Shown piece after piece: positions 1-12,662 of a DNA stretch of 64,000 nucleotides (positions are counted from its first letter, which is position 1; each line of letters begins with the position of its first letter). Source of the stretch: Felis catus (Eukaryota). The stretch is taken from the NCBI RefSeq assembly GCF_018350175.1, contig NC_058378.1:31558001-31622000 (forward strand). Direction: 5' to 3'. A program made the position numbers and the translations under genes. Below the pieces are notes generated by a model. That model did not search any database. It was not told the DNA's origin and was given only the letters and a program-made list of their open reading frames with translations.

Positions 1-734
1 GTGACGCCCCAGCGTCCGGGAGCGGAGCCGCGGTCACCTACGCCTGGACGCTTGGCATCCGTAACGCTACCCAGTCCTCTTAACATGATGGCAGACAGTA
101 CAGAGTACGTCATAGGCCATTTCTTATTTATTCCTCACCGACACACCAGGAGGTAGGTGGCCGAAGAGGTATCCGGGTCCCACCTTTAAAGAGGAAATTA
201 AGGCTCAGCGGGACGAAGTGACTTGCCCAAGATTTGCATAGGCGGGGCGTGGGGTTAGACCTAGCCAGGCCTTCTCATTCGGGACCCAAGTCTGTTTTTA
301 CCACTCCTTAGTTTATTAGGACGCGAAGCAGATGCAGATGGGAACTCGCGGGGGCACCTTGGGAGGGAGTGCCCCCGTGGTGTCAGGCCATGAGTCATGG
401 TTCGAAGGGTACACAGAGATAAATGAGACTGGTTTCTCTTCCAGCCCGATTGGAGAGGGTTGCTCATCCCTGGCTCCGTGCTTCTCAGCTCCCCCACCGC
501 CCCTCGCGCCAACACACAGGGGAACAGGTGGCATATGCCCCAGGGGTGGAGCGAGAAGAATCTGGAAGGGCTCTGAGCACGGCAGCCCCCACCACGAGCA
601 GCCCTCTAGTTTACGTTCGAGCAGCCGCTTTATGTTCCCCTAGAAGGCCGAGCTGCCCCTGGGGGCCACGCGGGAAGCCTGGCCCTCCCCAGCCTTCCCC
701 CGGCAAGGTCACCGGGTCTCTCTGCCTGCCCCAG

Positions 735-910
735 CCCAGCCTACGGAGGCCGCCTGTGCTCAGGGCCCATGTTCCAGTACCAGGTGTGCAACAGCGAGGA
801 GTGCCCGGGGCCCCACGAGGACTTCCGGGCCCAGCAGTGTGCGAGGCGCAACTCTTATTACATCCACCGGGACGCCAAGCACAGCTGGATCCCCTACGAG
901 CCAGAAGACG
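735..910 (+). CDS. ADAMTS14: ADAMTS14 exon (end of TSP1-1, start of Cys-rich): PAYGGRLCSGPMFQYQVCNSEECPGPHEDFRAQQC...WIPYEPED
   Basis: Acceptor ccccag|, donor |gtgagt, ADAMTS motif FRAQQC. Confidence 0.95.
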
Positions 911-1146
911 GTGAGTGAGCCCCACTCCCCCTCCCGTCCGCCATGTCCTTGGGCAGCTGCTAGGTGGGCCTCCCGTGCCTGGGGCCGCCAGTGGAGGTGG
1001 AGGGACGGTGGAGGACAGTCGGCAGGCTGGCCGCCTTTGTGCAGGCCCTTGTCTTTGGGCCACCGTCCTCCTTAAAGCCATCCCTGATGTGTAGGCTTAT
1101 GAGGACTGTTCCCTGGCAGGGGAACGATCTGGAACCAGGGCATTTC

Positions 1147-1371
1147 TTTTCTTTTTTTTTTTTTTTAAGTTTATTTATTTTTGAGAGAGAGAAAAAGTAA
1201 GGGGGTGAGGAGGGGCAGAGAGAGGGCAAGAGAGAATCCCAAGCGGGCTGCATGCTGTCAGTGTGGAGCCCGACGTGGGGCTCAAACCCATAAACCGTGA
1301 GATCATGACCTGAGCTGAAGTCGGGCGCTCAACTGACTGAACCTACCCCCCCCCCCCCCCGCCAGGTGCCC
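1147..1371 (-). mobile_element. Can-SINE (SINEC)
   Basis: tRNA-derived head, (CT)n region and A tail, all on the minus strand. Confidence 0.9.
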
Positions 1372-2894
1372 TTTGAACCAGGGACGTTTCACTCAGAGGT
1401 GCTGTTGGGGTTGGTGCCTCTCACACGGGTCCCTTACCTGTACAGGAAGGCTCTATACAGGTACAGGTGCCCTGGCTTTGCTGAGAGCCCCCGTCCCATT
1501 AGTTACCATAGTTTTAGGTTTTAGTGACTGTGCTACTGTTTCAGCAGCTAATGACAATGATTGAAGAGGCACACAGATGGGAGCCTGTGGCCAGGGATCC
1601 TCATGCAGAATCCCTCCAGGCTGCTCTGGGACAGACGCAGGCCAGTGCCTGTCTGCTTTGGAGCCTTTCCACTGACGGCTCTTGTAGCGGCAGCAAGATA
1701 CCAGTGAAGGGGTGGGATTCACGGCCTCTTAGAGCCTTTATGCTGGAAGGGCCCTTAACTGTCCTCTGTGTTCACCTCACCTGCCAGCCTGTCCATGGTC
1801 CTTTGATGGACAGATGCTCACCCCCCACCACACAGCCCTCAGCCTCCGATGGCACCGACTAGAGCAGCCTTTCCTCTCCTGAGCCCAGGGCTGCCTCTTT
1901 TAGCCCCTGTTCCAAACTATTAATTGCAGGGCAATTCAGCTGACATTTAGAATGACAGTCTTCAGATTAGAAGGGACATTAGAGGCCTCTCCATTGCCCA
2001 CCGGTGCACAGACCTCTCCAGAATATGATCGCAGAGAGCATTTTCCCTCTGCTTTGAATTCCTCCCATTCTGGGGAGCTCGTCACTGTCCGCTGGCTTCC
2101 ATGGCTGCCTGCCTGCCTGGGTCGTACTGGTCAGGATCCTCCCTGTGTGTGAAGTTCAAAGTGGTATTGGATGCTGTGGCTCTGAACTTGAGCCCTGAGT
2201 ACTGGGGCGAGATGTATCCTAGGAGCCCAGGGACAAGGGGCGGGGAGCCATTTGGTTGCTGAGAAGTTTGGCTAAGGGGGTGGCTCGCTTTGAAAGCCTT
2301 GCAGATCCATTCAGATCCAAACAGCCTCTAGAAGAAGGGGCTTCAAGGCCCATGGGGCAGCTGGGCTTTGGGCTTTCCCAGGACTTTTAGACAAATTCCA
2401 GAAAGTTAGCTAAGCCGCAACTTCCCTTTTCTAAGAAACACAGCAAGTGTTTATATGTTACGTTTTTTGGAACCTTCTTTTAAGGACATCAATAGCCCAG
2501 ATGGGAAAGAGAACAATTAATTGTTAGAAGTAGGAAGGGCCTCCTTTCCGCTCTCACTGCAACTTTGTTTTATAAACCCAAACCCAGCCTACTGCCCTGC
2601 GTTACTCTCACAGGGTGTCCTGATGTTTGCAACCATGTTGAGATACGCTGTTACACATGAGACTGCTGAAGTGTATGTAGAGGTCAGTGTGGGACTCAAG
2701 CCAGACTGCCTTGTTTAGAATCCTGGAGTTTGTTCTCAGTATGTGGCTGTGTGGCCTTGGGCAACTTTCTTAACCTCTCTGGTCCTTGGTCTCCTCCTCT
2801 AGAATGGTAGAACTTACTTCCTAGAACTTACTGAAAAGTTTAAATGAGTTAAATCACACAAAAAATTTGAGGCCGTGCATCAAGAGTGTGTAGG

Positions 2895-2997
2895 GGCACC
2901 CGGCTGACTCAGTCAGTAGAGCACGTGACTGTTGATCTCGGGATCGTGAGTTCAAGCCCCACATTGGACGTGGAGCCTACTTAAAAAAAAAAAAAAG
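2895..2997 (+). mobile_element. Short tRNA-derived Can-SINE
   Basis: A/B-box head followed directly by an A tail. Confidence 0.8.
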
Positions 2998-3363
2998 AGT
3001 ATGTAAAGGTTTTGGAAGTATTTGGTACATGGTAAGCATTCACTATATATTGGCTTATTATTATGGCCATTACTATTATTTTATCACTTGATTTTCTTTA
3101 GCATCCTGATATGGCATTTTATTGATCAGGGATAATAAATAAGGAACGGAGACTCCGAGAGGTCAGCTGATTTGCCCAGGGTCACTAGGCTCATAGGTGA
3201 CATCGCAGGGATTGTAAGTCCCAGCTCCATACTCAGTGCTCCCCCCCCACTGCCCAGAGCTGGCCCAGGAGCTTCCCGCTTGGGACATACGCTGGTGTCC
3301 TTCTGGGCCAGCCTGCTTTCTCCGAGCACAGCTGGGAATGCAGCACGGTCCCTTTCTCCACAG

Positions 3364-3497
3364 ATGCCCAGAAGTGTGAGCTGATCTGCCAGTCGGAGGA
3401 CACAGGGGATGTGGTCTTCATGAACCAGGTGGTCCACGACGGGACCCGCTGCAGCTACCGGGACCCATACAGCGTCTGTGCCCGCGGCGAATGTGTG
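3364..3497 (+). CDS. ADAMTS14: ADAMTS14 exon (Cys-rich): DAQKCELICQSEDTGDVVFMNQVVHDGTRCSYRDPYSVCARGECV
   Basis: ccacag| ... |gtgggt; HDGTRC motif; phases fit the neighbouring exons. Confidence 0.96.
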
Positions 3498-3881
3498 GTG
3501 GGTTCCCTGCTCCGGGCCACCCACCTTCTGCCTGCCTGGGGAGACCGGAGGGCTATACTGCCCGCTTCTCCTGGGCCCTAGGGAGACAGGCATCTCCTCG
3601 CCTTCCCCACCCATGACACCTTTGGTCCTCAACATAACCCTGGGATCCTAGAAGGGGGTTATTGCCCAGCCCATTCGAGGGAAGAGGAATGGCCAGGTTT
3701 AAGACCTGCCCGTGTCACATGGCGAGTTTGTGGCAGTGACGTGTCCAGGAATGCCTCTGGGTTCAGGGTCAACTCGTGGGGCCTGGGGACTGGGGAGGGA
3801 ACCAGGGGCTGCCGGCCTGGGGTGGGGGGTGGGGGTGGGGAGCACGGGAGCCTTATCCTCTGACCCCACCTCTGGCGTCAG

Positions 3882-4005
3882 CCCGTTGGCTGTGACAAGG
3901 AGGTGGGGTCCATGAAGGCAGATGACAAGTGCGGTGTCTGTGGCGGCGACAACTCTCACTGCAGAACCGTGAAGGGGACACTGGGCAAGGCCTCCAAGAA
4001 GGCAG
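3882..4005 (+). CDS. ADAMTS14: ADAMTS14 exon: [41 protein letters not shown]
   Basis: gtcag| ... |gtgag; [11 protein letters not shown] motif. Confidence 0.96.
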
Positions 4006-4993
4006 GTGAGAGGCTGGGGCTGGGAGATGACCAGGAGTGGCTGGGGTTCTGGCCCAGCAGGGGCCCTTGAGCCCGAGTCCCTTGGGCAAGCCGTCCCTCC
4101 TCTGCTGGGCCACGGTTCAGGGCGGGGGAGGGGAGAAGGCACCCAGAGCCTGCCTCCAGACCTTCCCGGGCTGCCCCAGGCCACTGAGTCAGAAGCTGCA
4201 GCTGGCCGCAGCCTCTTCCAGTGAGCGCTGCCTGCATTCGGGCCCAGGACTTCAGAAGCATTTTTCTGCTGGCCAGTGCGCTGTGATAGGAACTCAGCCA
4301 TCTCTTTGGCCCTGGGGCTATTGTGGGAGTGAGAGCTCAGACACGTCTGAGGATGTGACCCAGACTGGACTGGAATTTTTTTTCCCTCTCTCCCCTCTCT
4401 CTCCATTTTTTGGTCAACTTGTGGTGCCTCCTTTCAACTCCTGTTACCTTGAGTTCCTTGACTTCCATCTGACCACACTTGGCTGTTGAAAAGGGCCAGA
4501 TATTAGTCCTTTACACTCTAGGAAGAATTAGATCCATTTCCCCTTTGGGACTGTCATAGCTTTGCCTCATCTCTCCTTGTGGGGAGAAAGTTGGTGGCTT
4601 CAAGAGGGGTTTGTTTCCAGGCCTGGGATTGGGAGGGCCATGGGGCCCAGGGCAGCCGTGATGGTGACTCAAGGTATGAGAAGAAAGGGGGGGGGGGGAA
4701 CATCAGGAGAGAAAAGTAGGCTCAAGGAAGTGGAAAATTGTAGCAACAAAGTGTGTGCATACTCTCCCCCCCCCGCCCCCCACCACAGCCTTTAGAGTTT
4801 TTAGGGCATTTTAAGCCATAGCATCTCATTTGAACCTCTCGGCACCTTGTGGGCAAGGGTCCCCCCTTCCTATTGTACAGATGAGGAAACAGGTTCTTGG
4901 GCACGTGCAGGGGGAGGGGTGATGGGGTGTGCTGGGCAGTGGGGCCACCAGCTCAAGATGCTCACGGTTTTTCCGGATCCTGCTCTGTGGCAG

Positions 4994-5074
4994 GAGCTCT
5001 CAAACTGGTCCAGATCCCGGCGGGTGCCAGGCACATCCAGATCGAGGAGCTGGAGAAGGTTCCCCACCACATTG
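4994..5074 (+). CDS. ADAMTS14: ADAMTS14 exon (spacer): ALKLVQIPAGARHIQIEELEKVPHHI
   Basis: ggcag| ... |gtgagt; IPAGARHI spacer motif. Confidence 0.96.
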
Positions 5075-5369
5075 GTGAGTATGGGGAGCTGGGAGGGCAG
5101 AGGAGAGTAGTCTAATGCAGGGAACCTTTAGAAACATTTTTTTAAACTTAGGCTGAGTAGACAACCCGTTCCATGCTTCAAATGTCAGAAGGTGTGAATG
5201 GGGATCCAGTGAAGATTCCCCCTCCCACGTCTGCCCTCCAGGATCAGTTTCCTTCCCCAGGGGCAGCCACGGTCCATCTGTTGTACACAAAAGAAAACCG
5301 TTTTCATAGAATGTATCAGTCAACTTTTGCTTGTCTAACATCCCATCCCCAAACTTTACGGTTTCTAAC

Positions 5370-5760
5370 AAGTGTTTGTGTTAGCTCATGGTTCTGTGGG
5401 CCATGAGTTTGGGCTGGGCCCAGCTGGAGCTACTTCTACTCCTGTGCCTGGACTCAACTCGTGCGAATGCAGCATCTGGTGGGGCTGTAGGTGTTGTTGG
5501 TACTGGCTGTCAGCTGGGGTGACGGGGGTGACAGGGCCGCATCCCTGGCAGGCTAGCCTGGGATTATTCATGTGGTCTGTCACATGGTCCTCAGTGGGGG
5601 CAAGAGCAGGCAAGCCCCAGCGTGCAAACACTTTCCAGGTCTCTACTTGTGTCATGCTTTGTAGCATCCCGTCGGCCCAAGCAGGTGTCATGGCCAAGCC
5701 CAGACTCAAGCTGTAGAAACAGACGATCTCTTGGTGGGAAGTGCGGTAGAGTCCCAGTGC
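5370..5760. mobile_element. MaLR (MLT1-like) LTR remnant
   Basis: MLT1-type motifs (tcatggttctgtgggc...tgggctgggc; catggccaagcccaga), recognised from memory. Confidence 0.6.
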
Positions 5761-7605
5761 AAAGAGGCCTGCGCATAGGAAGAGGAGGAATTTGCAGCCA
5801 GTCTGACGCACGGACCCTTAAATCCTTCTTATCTGATGACACATAAACACAGTCACTGAGGCACTACTTACGAGAGTTACACAACTCTAAAGCCAAGAGA
5901 GATGAAAAATTCTGGCCCCAAAAGAAATCAACAGAATTCAAATTGAGAACATTAACGTAAGGGGAGAGATTTTTGTGCTTACTTGTTTGCTTTGTTCTGT
6001 TTGTGCTGAAACCAAGTCGGTGGTTAAGAAATGAACATGTCCAGGGCAAGCAAATCCGTGGACACAAGAGAGTAGCTTAGTGGTGGTCAGGGGCCGGTGG
6101 GAGGGGGATGGGGGCATCTGCAAATGGGCGTGATGAAGGGTCTTGGAATCGGGCAGTGGTCCGATAGTCAGTGAATTGCACACTTTCAAAGGCTGAGTGC
6201 GTGCTACATGAATTACATCTCCATTGAAAACACGTAAGCATGGTTTGGAGCAGGGTCCTGGGGGCAGGCAGACAGAAGGATGCTTCCCTGACACTGGGGA
6301 GTGGCTGCATCCTCCCGCACTTGTCTGTTCAGACCCCTTACAGAGGGCATGGGTGCCATGGTGTCGCCGGACCTTACTTAGCATGTCCCAGAGGCCCCTC
6401 GAGTCGACTGTGCTCGCCAGGCCGTACCGCGTGTCACCACCTCTTCATGAACGTGAATGCAAAACGTAACATCTCTGGGCAGGCTCATGTATTCCAAAAA
6501 TGCCGATATTCGTATTTTTAGATTACCATCACCATGACAGAAAAACGTGTGAAAGCCTCCCAGGGAACTTGCACCCCCTGCAGAATACGCCCTAACCTGC
6601 TCCAGAAGGCGCCTGAGAGGGTGTAGTGCAAATAGACAAGAAGCACAGGGGGAAACTGAGGTCCACAGTGGATTGTGGGCCCTCTGTGTACCCTGATTCC
6701 CCCACGTGCTGAGCCAATCTGCGCCAGGCTCTCCTGTCTCCCAGCCCCGGGCCCTTGCCCACAGCCCCACTCTGCATGGGTATGAGTCAGGAGGGCTTGG
6801 CTTGGCCAGCTCCCTGCCCACTTGCCTGTCTGGCTCCAGGGGATTGTGCCAGAACAGGGGCCAGGGGAGGGGAGGGGAGGGGGCAAGGAGAGAAGGGCCG
6901 CTGACTCCAGAAGAGGGAGGAGCTTGCAGACGCTCCTCCTGCTACACCCCTACGGATGATTCAGACGATTCCATAATACCAGCAGCCCCTGGGGCCTCCC
7001 CAGCCAGCCCTCCCACTCCTCCCAGCCCCCACCCCTGTCTGCGGACGTCTAGCTCCTCTGTCTGCTGGCAGCGAGGAGTGCTCCGTGGAGGCTGCAGCCG
7101 GGCTTCCATGGGGGTCGGGGCAGAGGCTTCTAGAACCCGGGGCAGGTTCAGTGTGGGCACGCTCGCCCGTGAGTTCCCTGGAGGGTTAGAACTCCCAGGA
7201 GCTGGGCGGGGAGGGAAGTGGGATGGAAACCTGACATTGGCACGCACTGTGTGATTGCACAGTTGTGAGGTATGCGGCAAGCCCGCCGTGGAAATGGGCA
7301 AGCTGCACGTGTTGAGAGTGAGCGTGTGTCTGTGCACGTGCCTGACAGGGTATGTGCGTGCTCTCTGGAGACATCCAGGACAGGTGGCCGTCTTGGCAGT
7401 GAAAGCCAAGGCCCCGTCCAAGCTCGTTAGACTCTCCTGGAATTTGGGGGCTTTGATTCTTTGAAAGGAAGTCAAGGGAAGAGAACCATGCTGTGAATAT
7501 CTACCATGTGCCAGGCCTCGAGCTGGCACTTGTCATCCATTACCTTATGTAGGCCTCGGGACAGTCCACGGACACTCCTCCCTAGCCGTGAGAGTTCTAG
7601 ATGGC

Positions 7606-7830
7606 GGGGCGCCTGGGTGGCGCAGTCGGTTGAGCGTCCGACTTCAGCCAGGTCACGATCTCGCGGTCCGTGGGTTCGAGCCCCGCGTCAGGCTCTGGGC
7701 TGATGGCTCGGAGCCTGGAGCCTGTTTCCGATTCTGTGTCTCCCTCTCTCTCTGCCCCTCCCCCGTTCATGCTCTGTCTCTCTCTGTCCCAAAAACAAAT
7801 AAACGTTGAAAAAAAAATTTTAAAAAAGAA
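7606..7830 (+). mobile_element. Young felid SINEC_Fc-like element with TSD agttctagatgg
   Basis: Near-consensus sequence; TSD at 7593-7604 and 7831-7842. Confidence 0.93.
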
Positions 7831-8024
7831 AGTTCTAGATGGTATCTCCTTCCAACAGAAGGCTGTCTCATCTATATTGAAAATCTGTTGTCTGTAGTGA
7901 CCTTCGTGAATTATCTTAGCTGGATCTTCTGGAAAACTTGCTGCAGTTTCGACATCAGCACTTGCTGCTTCCTTCACCTTGTGCTTTTATGGCTTCTTTT
8001 CTCAACCTCTGCTATCTTCGAACT

Positions 8025-8185
8025 NNNNNNNNNNNNNNNNNNNNNNNNNNNNNNNNNNNNNNNNNNNNNNNNNNNNNNNNNNNNNNNNNNNNNNNNNNNN
8101 NNNNNNNNNNNNNNNNNNNNNNNNNNNNNNNNNNNNNNNNNNNNNNNNNNNNNNNNNNNNNNNNNNNNNNNNNNNNNNNNNNNNT
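8025..8185. other. Assembly gap (N)
   Basis: N run. Confidence 1.
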
Positions 8186-8390
8186 TTTTAGAGAAAGAGA
8201 GACAGAGCGCGAATGGGGGAGGGGCAGAGAGAGAGGGAGACACAGAATCCGAAGCAGGCTCCAGGCTCTGAGCTGTCAGCACAGAGCCTGACACGGGGCT
8301 CGAACCCACAAACTGCGAGATCATGACCTGAGCCGAAGTTGGCTGTTTAACCGACTGAGCGCCGCCCCACCCCCACCCCGCCCCAGGCCC
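8186..8390 (-). mobile_element. Can-SINE; tail runs into a gap
   Basis: SINEC body sequence. Confidence 0.85.
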
Positions 8391-8441
8391 CCCTGGAGTA
8401 GCACTTTCAATTTCCTTCAAGAACTTTTCCTTTGCCTTCCC

Positions 8442-8589
8442 NNNNNNNNNNNNNNNNNNNNNNNNNNNNNNNNNNNNNNNNNNNNNNNNNNNNNNNNNNN
8501 NNNNNNNNNNNNNNNNNNNNNNNNNNNNNNNNNNNNNNNNNNNNNNNNNNNNNNNNNNNNNNNNNNNNNNNNNNNNNNNNNNNNNNNNN
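8442..8589. other. Assembly gap (N)
   Basis: N run. Confidence 1.
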
Positions 8590-8724
8590 ATTGCAGGGTC
8601 ATTAACTGACTTGATTTCAATAGTGTTGTGTCTGCGGGAACAGAGAGGCCCGAGGAGAGGGACAGAGATGGTCGATAGGGGAGCAATCCGAACACACACA
8701 TGTATCCGTTACGTTTACTGTCCT

Positions 8725-8952
8725 TTTTTTTTTTTAATTTTTTAAAAAATGTTTTTATTTATTTTTGAGACAGAGAGAGACAGAGCATGAGCAGGGAAGG
8801 GGCAGAAACAGAGGGAGATACGGAATCTGAAGCAGGCTCCAGGCTCCGAGCTGTCAGCACAGAGCCCGACGCGGGCCTCGAACTCACAGACTGTGAGATC
8901 ACGACCTGAGCTGAAGTCGGTCGCTCAACCGACTGAGCCACCCAGGCGCCCC
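8725..8952 (-). mobile_element. Can-SINE
   Basis: SINEC body and T-tract. Confidence 0.9.
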
Positions 8953-10386
8953 AAGTGTGCTGTCTTAAATAAGTGGGGTTCATGGTGTCCCCGAACATTT
9001 GCAATAGTGACATCCAAGATCACTGGTCACAGGGCACCGTGACAAATTTAATAATCGCGACAAAGTTGGAAATACTGCGAGAATTGCCAAACTGTGACCC
9101 AGAGACCCAAAGTGAGCAAATGCTGTCAGAAAAAAGGCACCAATAGACTCGCTCGGCGCAGGGCTGCTGCAGATCTTCCGTTTGTAAACAATGCAGACTC
9201 TGTGAAGCATGATTAAGGGAAGCACAGTGAAACGAGGCTGGGGTATGCTCAGGGTCCAGAGTGGGGTCAGCGGTGGGGCCGGGACTCAGAGGTTCATGCA
9301 GCCCACCGGAGGGTGTACAGCCAGGGCTGGGGACGGTGGCTGCTGAGAGGGTAGCAGACAGAGCCGTGGGGAGACTTGAGGCCGGGCCCGGCTCTGGCTC
9401 CAGGTCTGGCGATTCTGGGGGCAGAGAGGGATCAGGCGTCGAGAGATGAGGGGCATCTCTCCTCTCGCTCAGCAGGGAGGCCGGTCCTCCAGATGGCTGG
9501 GCCACCAGCGCCCTGTGTGTCCGGGAGACACCTTTGCCCCTCGCGGGTCTCTAGGTCCCCATCTGGGGCAATGATAGCACCAACCTTGGGATGTGTGTGA
9601 GGATTCCGCCGAGGCGGGCACCAGAGTGACCAGTGCAGGGCGAGTGCTCTGAATCGTTGGCTCTTATGGTCTCGTCATTACCCTGGATGGTTTTTGTCGG
9701 CACCAGGTGGGGACACCCCAGGGCTCCAGAGCCTTTGCTCCCCCGCCTGGGCTGAGGGGCTCGGGTCCGAGACTGCAGCCCTTCACCAGCCTGCTCCAGG
9801 GCGGCCAAGGCTGTGACGCAGGGGCCTCTGCCAGGCCGTCTGCACCTGCACACCTCCCACCCAGCTGCCACCCGACACCTTTCGATAACAGGTTACGGGT
9901 TACTCACTCAGCGGGACTTTAAGGGGTGGACATTTACAGGTGTTTCTAAGACTCGCTCTGTGCCAGGCCCCAAGGACACCAAGACGGAGGAGATACACTG
10001 ACAGGCTGTGGGGGAGACAGGCACCGGTGCTAACACTCGGGCCCTGTTCTGATGGCAGTCATAGTGCCTCCCATTTACTGAATGCCAGCTGCTTGCCACG
10101 CACTCTGCCTAGTTCTTTACATCTATGGACTCCTTTAATTGTCCCAAGGACCCCGTAGTGGATAGGTGGGAGGGGGGTACTGCGATTATCCTCATGCGGC
10201 CGCAGCCCTATGAGCTACGGATGATTAGCATTCCCATTTTACAGATGGCGAAACTGAGGCAGCACAGGGTGGCTAAGTAACTTCCCCAGATCAATCTGGT
10301 GCCAGGGCCTGTGTTTTTAGCCTCGTGCTCTGCTGTAGAAGGGAGGGCAAGTCCCCGAGGACTGGGCAATCAAAGAAGGCTTCCTG

Positions 10387-10580
10387 GGGGCGCCCGGGTG
10401 GCTTAGTTGATTCAGTGTCTGACTCTTGGCTTCGGCTCAGCTCGTGATCTCTCGTGGGTTCGAGCCCCGCATCGGGCTCTGTGCTGACAGCATGGAGCCT
10501 GCTTGGGATTCTCTGTCTCCCTTTCTCTCTGCCCCTACCCCGCTTTCTCCCTTTCTCTCTTAAAAATAAAAAAAATACAT
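10387..10580 (+). mobile_element. Can-SINE
   Basis: SINEC head, CT-rich region and A tail. Confidence 0.88.
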
Positions 10581-10917
10581 ACATAAAAGGAAAACTTACT
10601 TTTTTTTTTTTTTTAAAGAAAAGAAGCCTTCCTGGAGGAGGGGAACATTGTGCTGAGCCTTCCACAGGGGTGAAGATTGGTCAGACAGGAAGAAGGGAAG
10701 ACGGTGGGAGGAATGGGTGTGCCAGGGTCTAGAGGCAGGGGTGCTGCGTGCAGCCGGTGCAGTGACTCATCTGACTGAGGCAGGTTCTGGTGGAAAGGGG
10801 TGACAGGTCATAGGGCGCCCCAGGGGATCCACTAGGAGGGTCTCGAAGCCCCAGAGGAGGTCTGGCTAGTGTTCCTGTGGGGAATAGAAATCTGTGTGAC
10901 CCTCTCCCCATGGCCAG

Positions 10918-11081
10918 CGGTGAAGAACCAGGTCACAGGCAGCTTCATCCTCAACCCCAAGGGCAAGGAAGCAATGAGCCAGACCTTTACTGCAATGGGC
11001 CTGGAGTGGGAGTATGTGGTGGAGGACGCCAAGGAAAGCCTCAAGACCAGTGGGCCCCTGCCCGAAGCCATCGCCGTCCTG
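10918..11081 (+). CDS. ADAMTS14: ADAMTS14 exon (spacer): VKNQVTGSFILNPKGKEA...GPLPEAIAVL
   Basis: gccag| ... |gtgagc; in frame with the flanking exons. Confidence 0.96.
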
Positions 11082-11769
11082 GTGAGCCCCCACCCTGTAC
11101 GGTGGCCCCTGCCCACCCCCTTGCTGCCCCAGCCCGGTCTCCCCAGTCTTCACTGTTGAGCCAGCGCAGCCCCGTCGGAAGCAGTGTTGCAGTGTCTTTA
11201 GCAGCCTGGCCAAGGCCAAGGCCTAGATGCCCTCTGTGCGCAAAGGCTGGCAGGACGCACGTGAGGAGGGAGAAAGAAACGGTTGTCTTGCTAGGAGAGG
11301 GAGTCTGTTCTCTGTCACGCAGCGTCAGAAACAGGGCCTGGGAATGAGAGGAGGCACCTGCGTTGGTTCCCCCTGTTGCCCTGGCGTCATCCAATGTCCG
11401 CTTGCATTGTGGCATTGCCCGCAAGTGACTGGGGGGTGCCGGCTCACGCTGCCAGCCTCCGGAGAGGGGGATGCGGTCACTGACCTTGCTGGGGTCCACC
11501 TCTTCCCACACCCCCTCTTCCTAGGCCATAGACTGGGGCTTATGGAGCAGGGATTATTAATGCAGGAGCTCAGACCAGGAGGGGCTTTGTCTGTGGCGCC
11601 CTGACACTGGCTGATTCATGCCAGGGAGAGCTTGGACAGGCTTCTCTCCTGGTGCGACCGTCACCAGTCGGGGAGGTCCTAGAGGGCAGGGTCTGAAGCC
11701 TATTGGTGTCAGTGTATTATTTCACTCTGCATGTATTTTCTATTCACCTTATACGTACTGGCCACCCAT

Positions 11770-12200
11770 ACACCTATGCCAATGATTGAGGGTACCAAGA
11801 CCCATTCAGTGGGCAAAGAATAATCTCTTCACCTAATGGTGCTGGGACAACTGGATAGCCACATGTAAAAGGATGAAGTTGAACCCCTACCTCACTCCGT
11901 ATACAACAAGCTCAAACCAGATCAAATGTCCAAGTAAGAGAGCTAAAACCATAGAACTCTTAGAGAAAATAGAGGGCGGAATCTCCTGACCTTGCATCTT
12001 ATGATACCAGAAGCATGAGCAACAAAAGAAAAATAGGTAAACTGGTCTTCATGGAAATTGAGGGCCTTCGTACATTGGAAAGACATCGTGAAGACAGTGA
12101 GAAGACAAGCTGAGCAGAATGGGAGAAGGTATTTGCAACCACATATCTGATCAGAGGCTTACAGACCATCTTATATCTGATCAGAGTCCTATAGACCTGG
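11770..12200 (+). mobile_element. Old L1 ORF2 3' fragment
   Basis: aaatggtgctgggacaactggatagccacatgtaaaaggatgaagttgaacccctacctcac-type L1 sequence. Confidence 0.8.
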
Positions 12201-12493
12201 CCATACCAGAGTCAGGTAGCGCAGATGCCCTGGTAAGCAAGACAGACCAGCAGACACGGTCCCTGTCCTCGTGAGGACTTATGTCTGGGAGGAAAATGAT
12301 CCCAGGTGAGCACGCAGGCTGTTCCTGCTGCTTAGCCTGAGTTTGCTGCGTGGCTGCTGGTCTGAATGGTCTCCCAGGCCGTGCTCGGTGCTGACCCCAC
12401 ATCCTTTCCTTTGGCCCCCTCTTCCCTGTCCCCCCCCATGCTGGCCCTGCTTCTCTGCTCTCCAGTCCTGTGCCACCTGCTGTCTCCCCTCAG

Positions 12494-12662
12494 GTGCTCC
12501 CCCCAGCTGAGGGTGGCCCCCGCAGCAGCCTGGCCTACAAGTACATCATCCATGAAGACTTGCTGCCCCTTATTGGGAGCAACAACGTGCTCCTGGAGGA
12601 GACGGACACCTACGAGTGGGCGCTCAAGAGCTGGGCCCCCTGCACCAAGGCCTGCGGAGGAG
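12494..12662 (+). CDS. ADAMTS14: ADAMTS14 exon (spacer end, TSP1-2 start): [22 protein letters not shown]...[15 protein letters not shown]
   Basis: cctcag| ... |gtatgg; WxxxxWxxC TSP1 motif. Confidence 0.96.

Larger units (their letters stand above)
7550..9250 (-). mobile_element. Tigger1-like DNA transposon remnant, interrupted by three SINEs and two gaps
   Basis: Transposase-like peptides [33 protein letters not shown] and AKEKFLKEIESATP; Tigger1-like terminal region at about 9050-9250. Confidence 0.85.

Noticed and set aside
2895-2997. tRNA-like sequence
   Set aside because: It is a tRNA-derived SINE head followed by an A tail, with no complete cloverleaf 3' end.
3819-3840. G-quadruplex-prone G tracts (also about 26818, 45284 and 57602)
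   Set aside because: Common in GC-rich mammalian DNA, with nothing specific here.
7597-8699. Long ORFs through Tigger1, SINEs and gaps
   Set aside because: Artefacts of N runs and SINE read-through; not an intact transposase.
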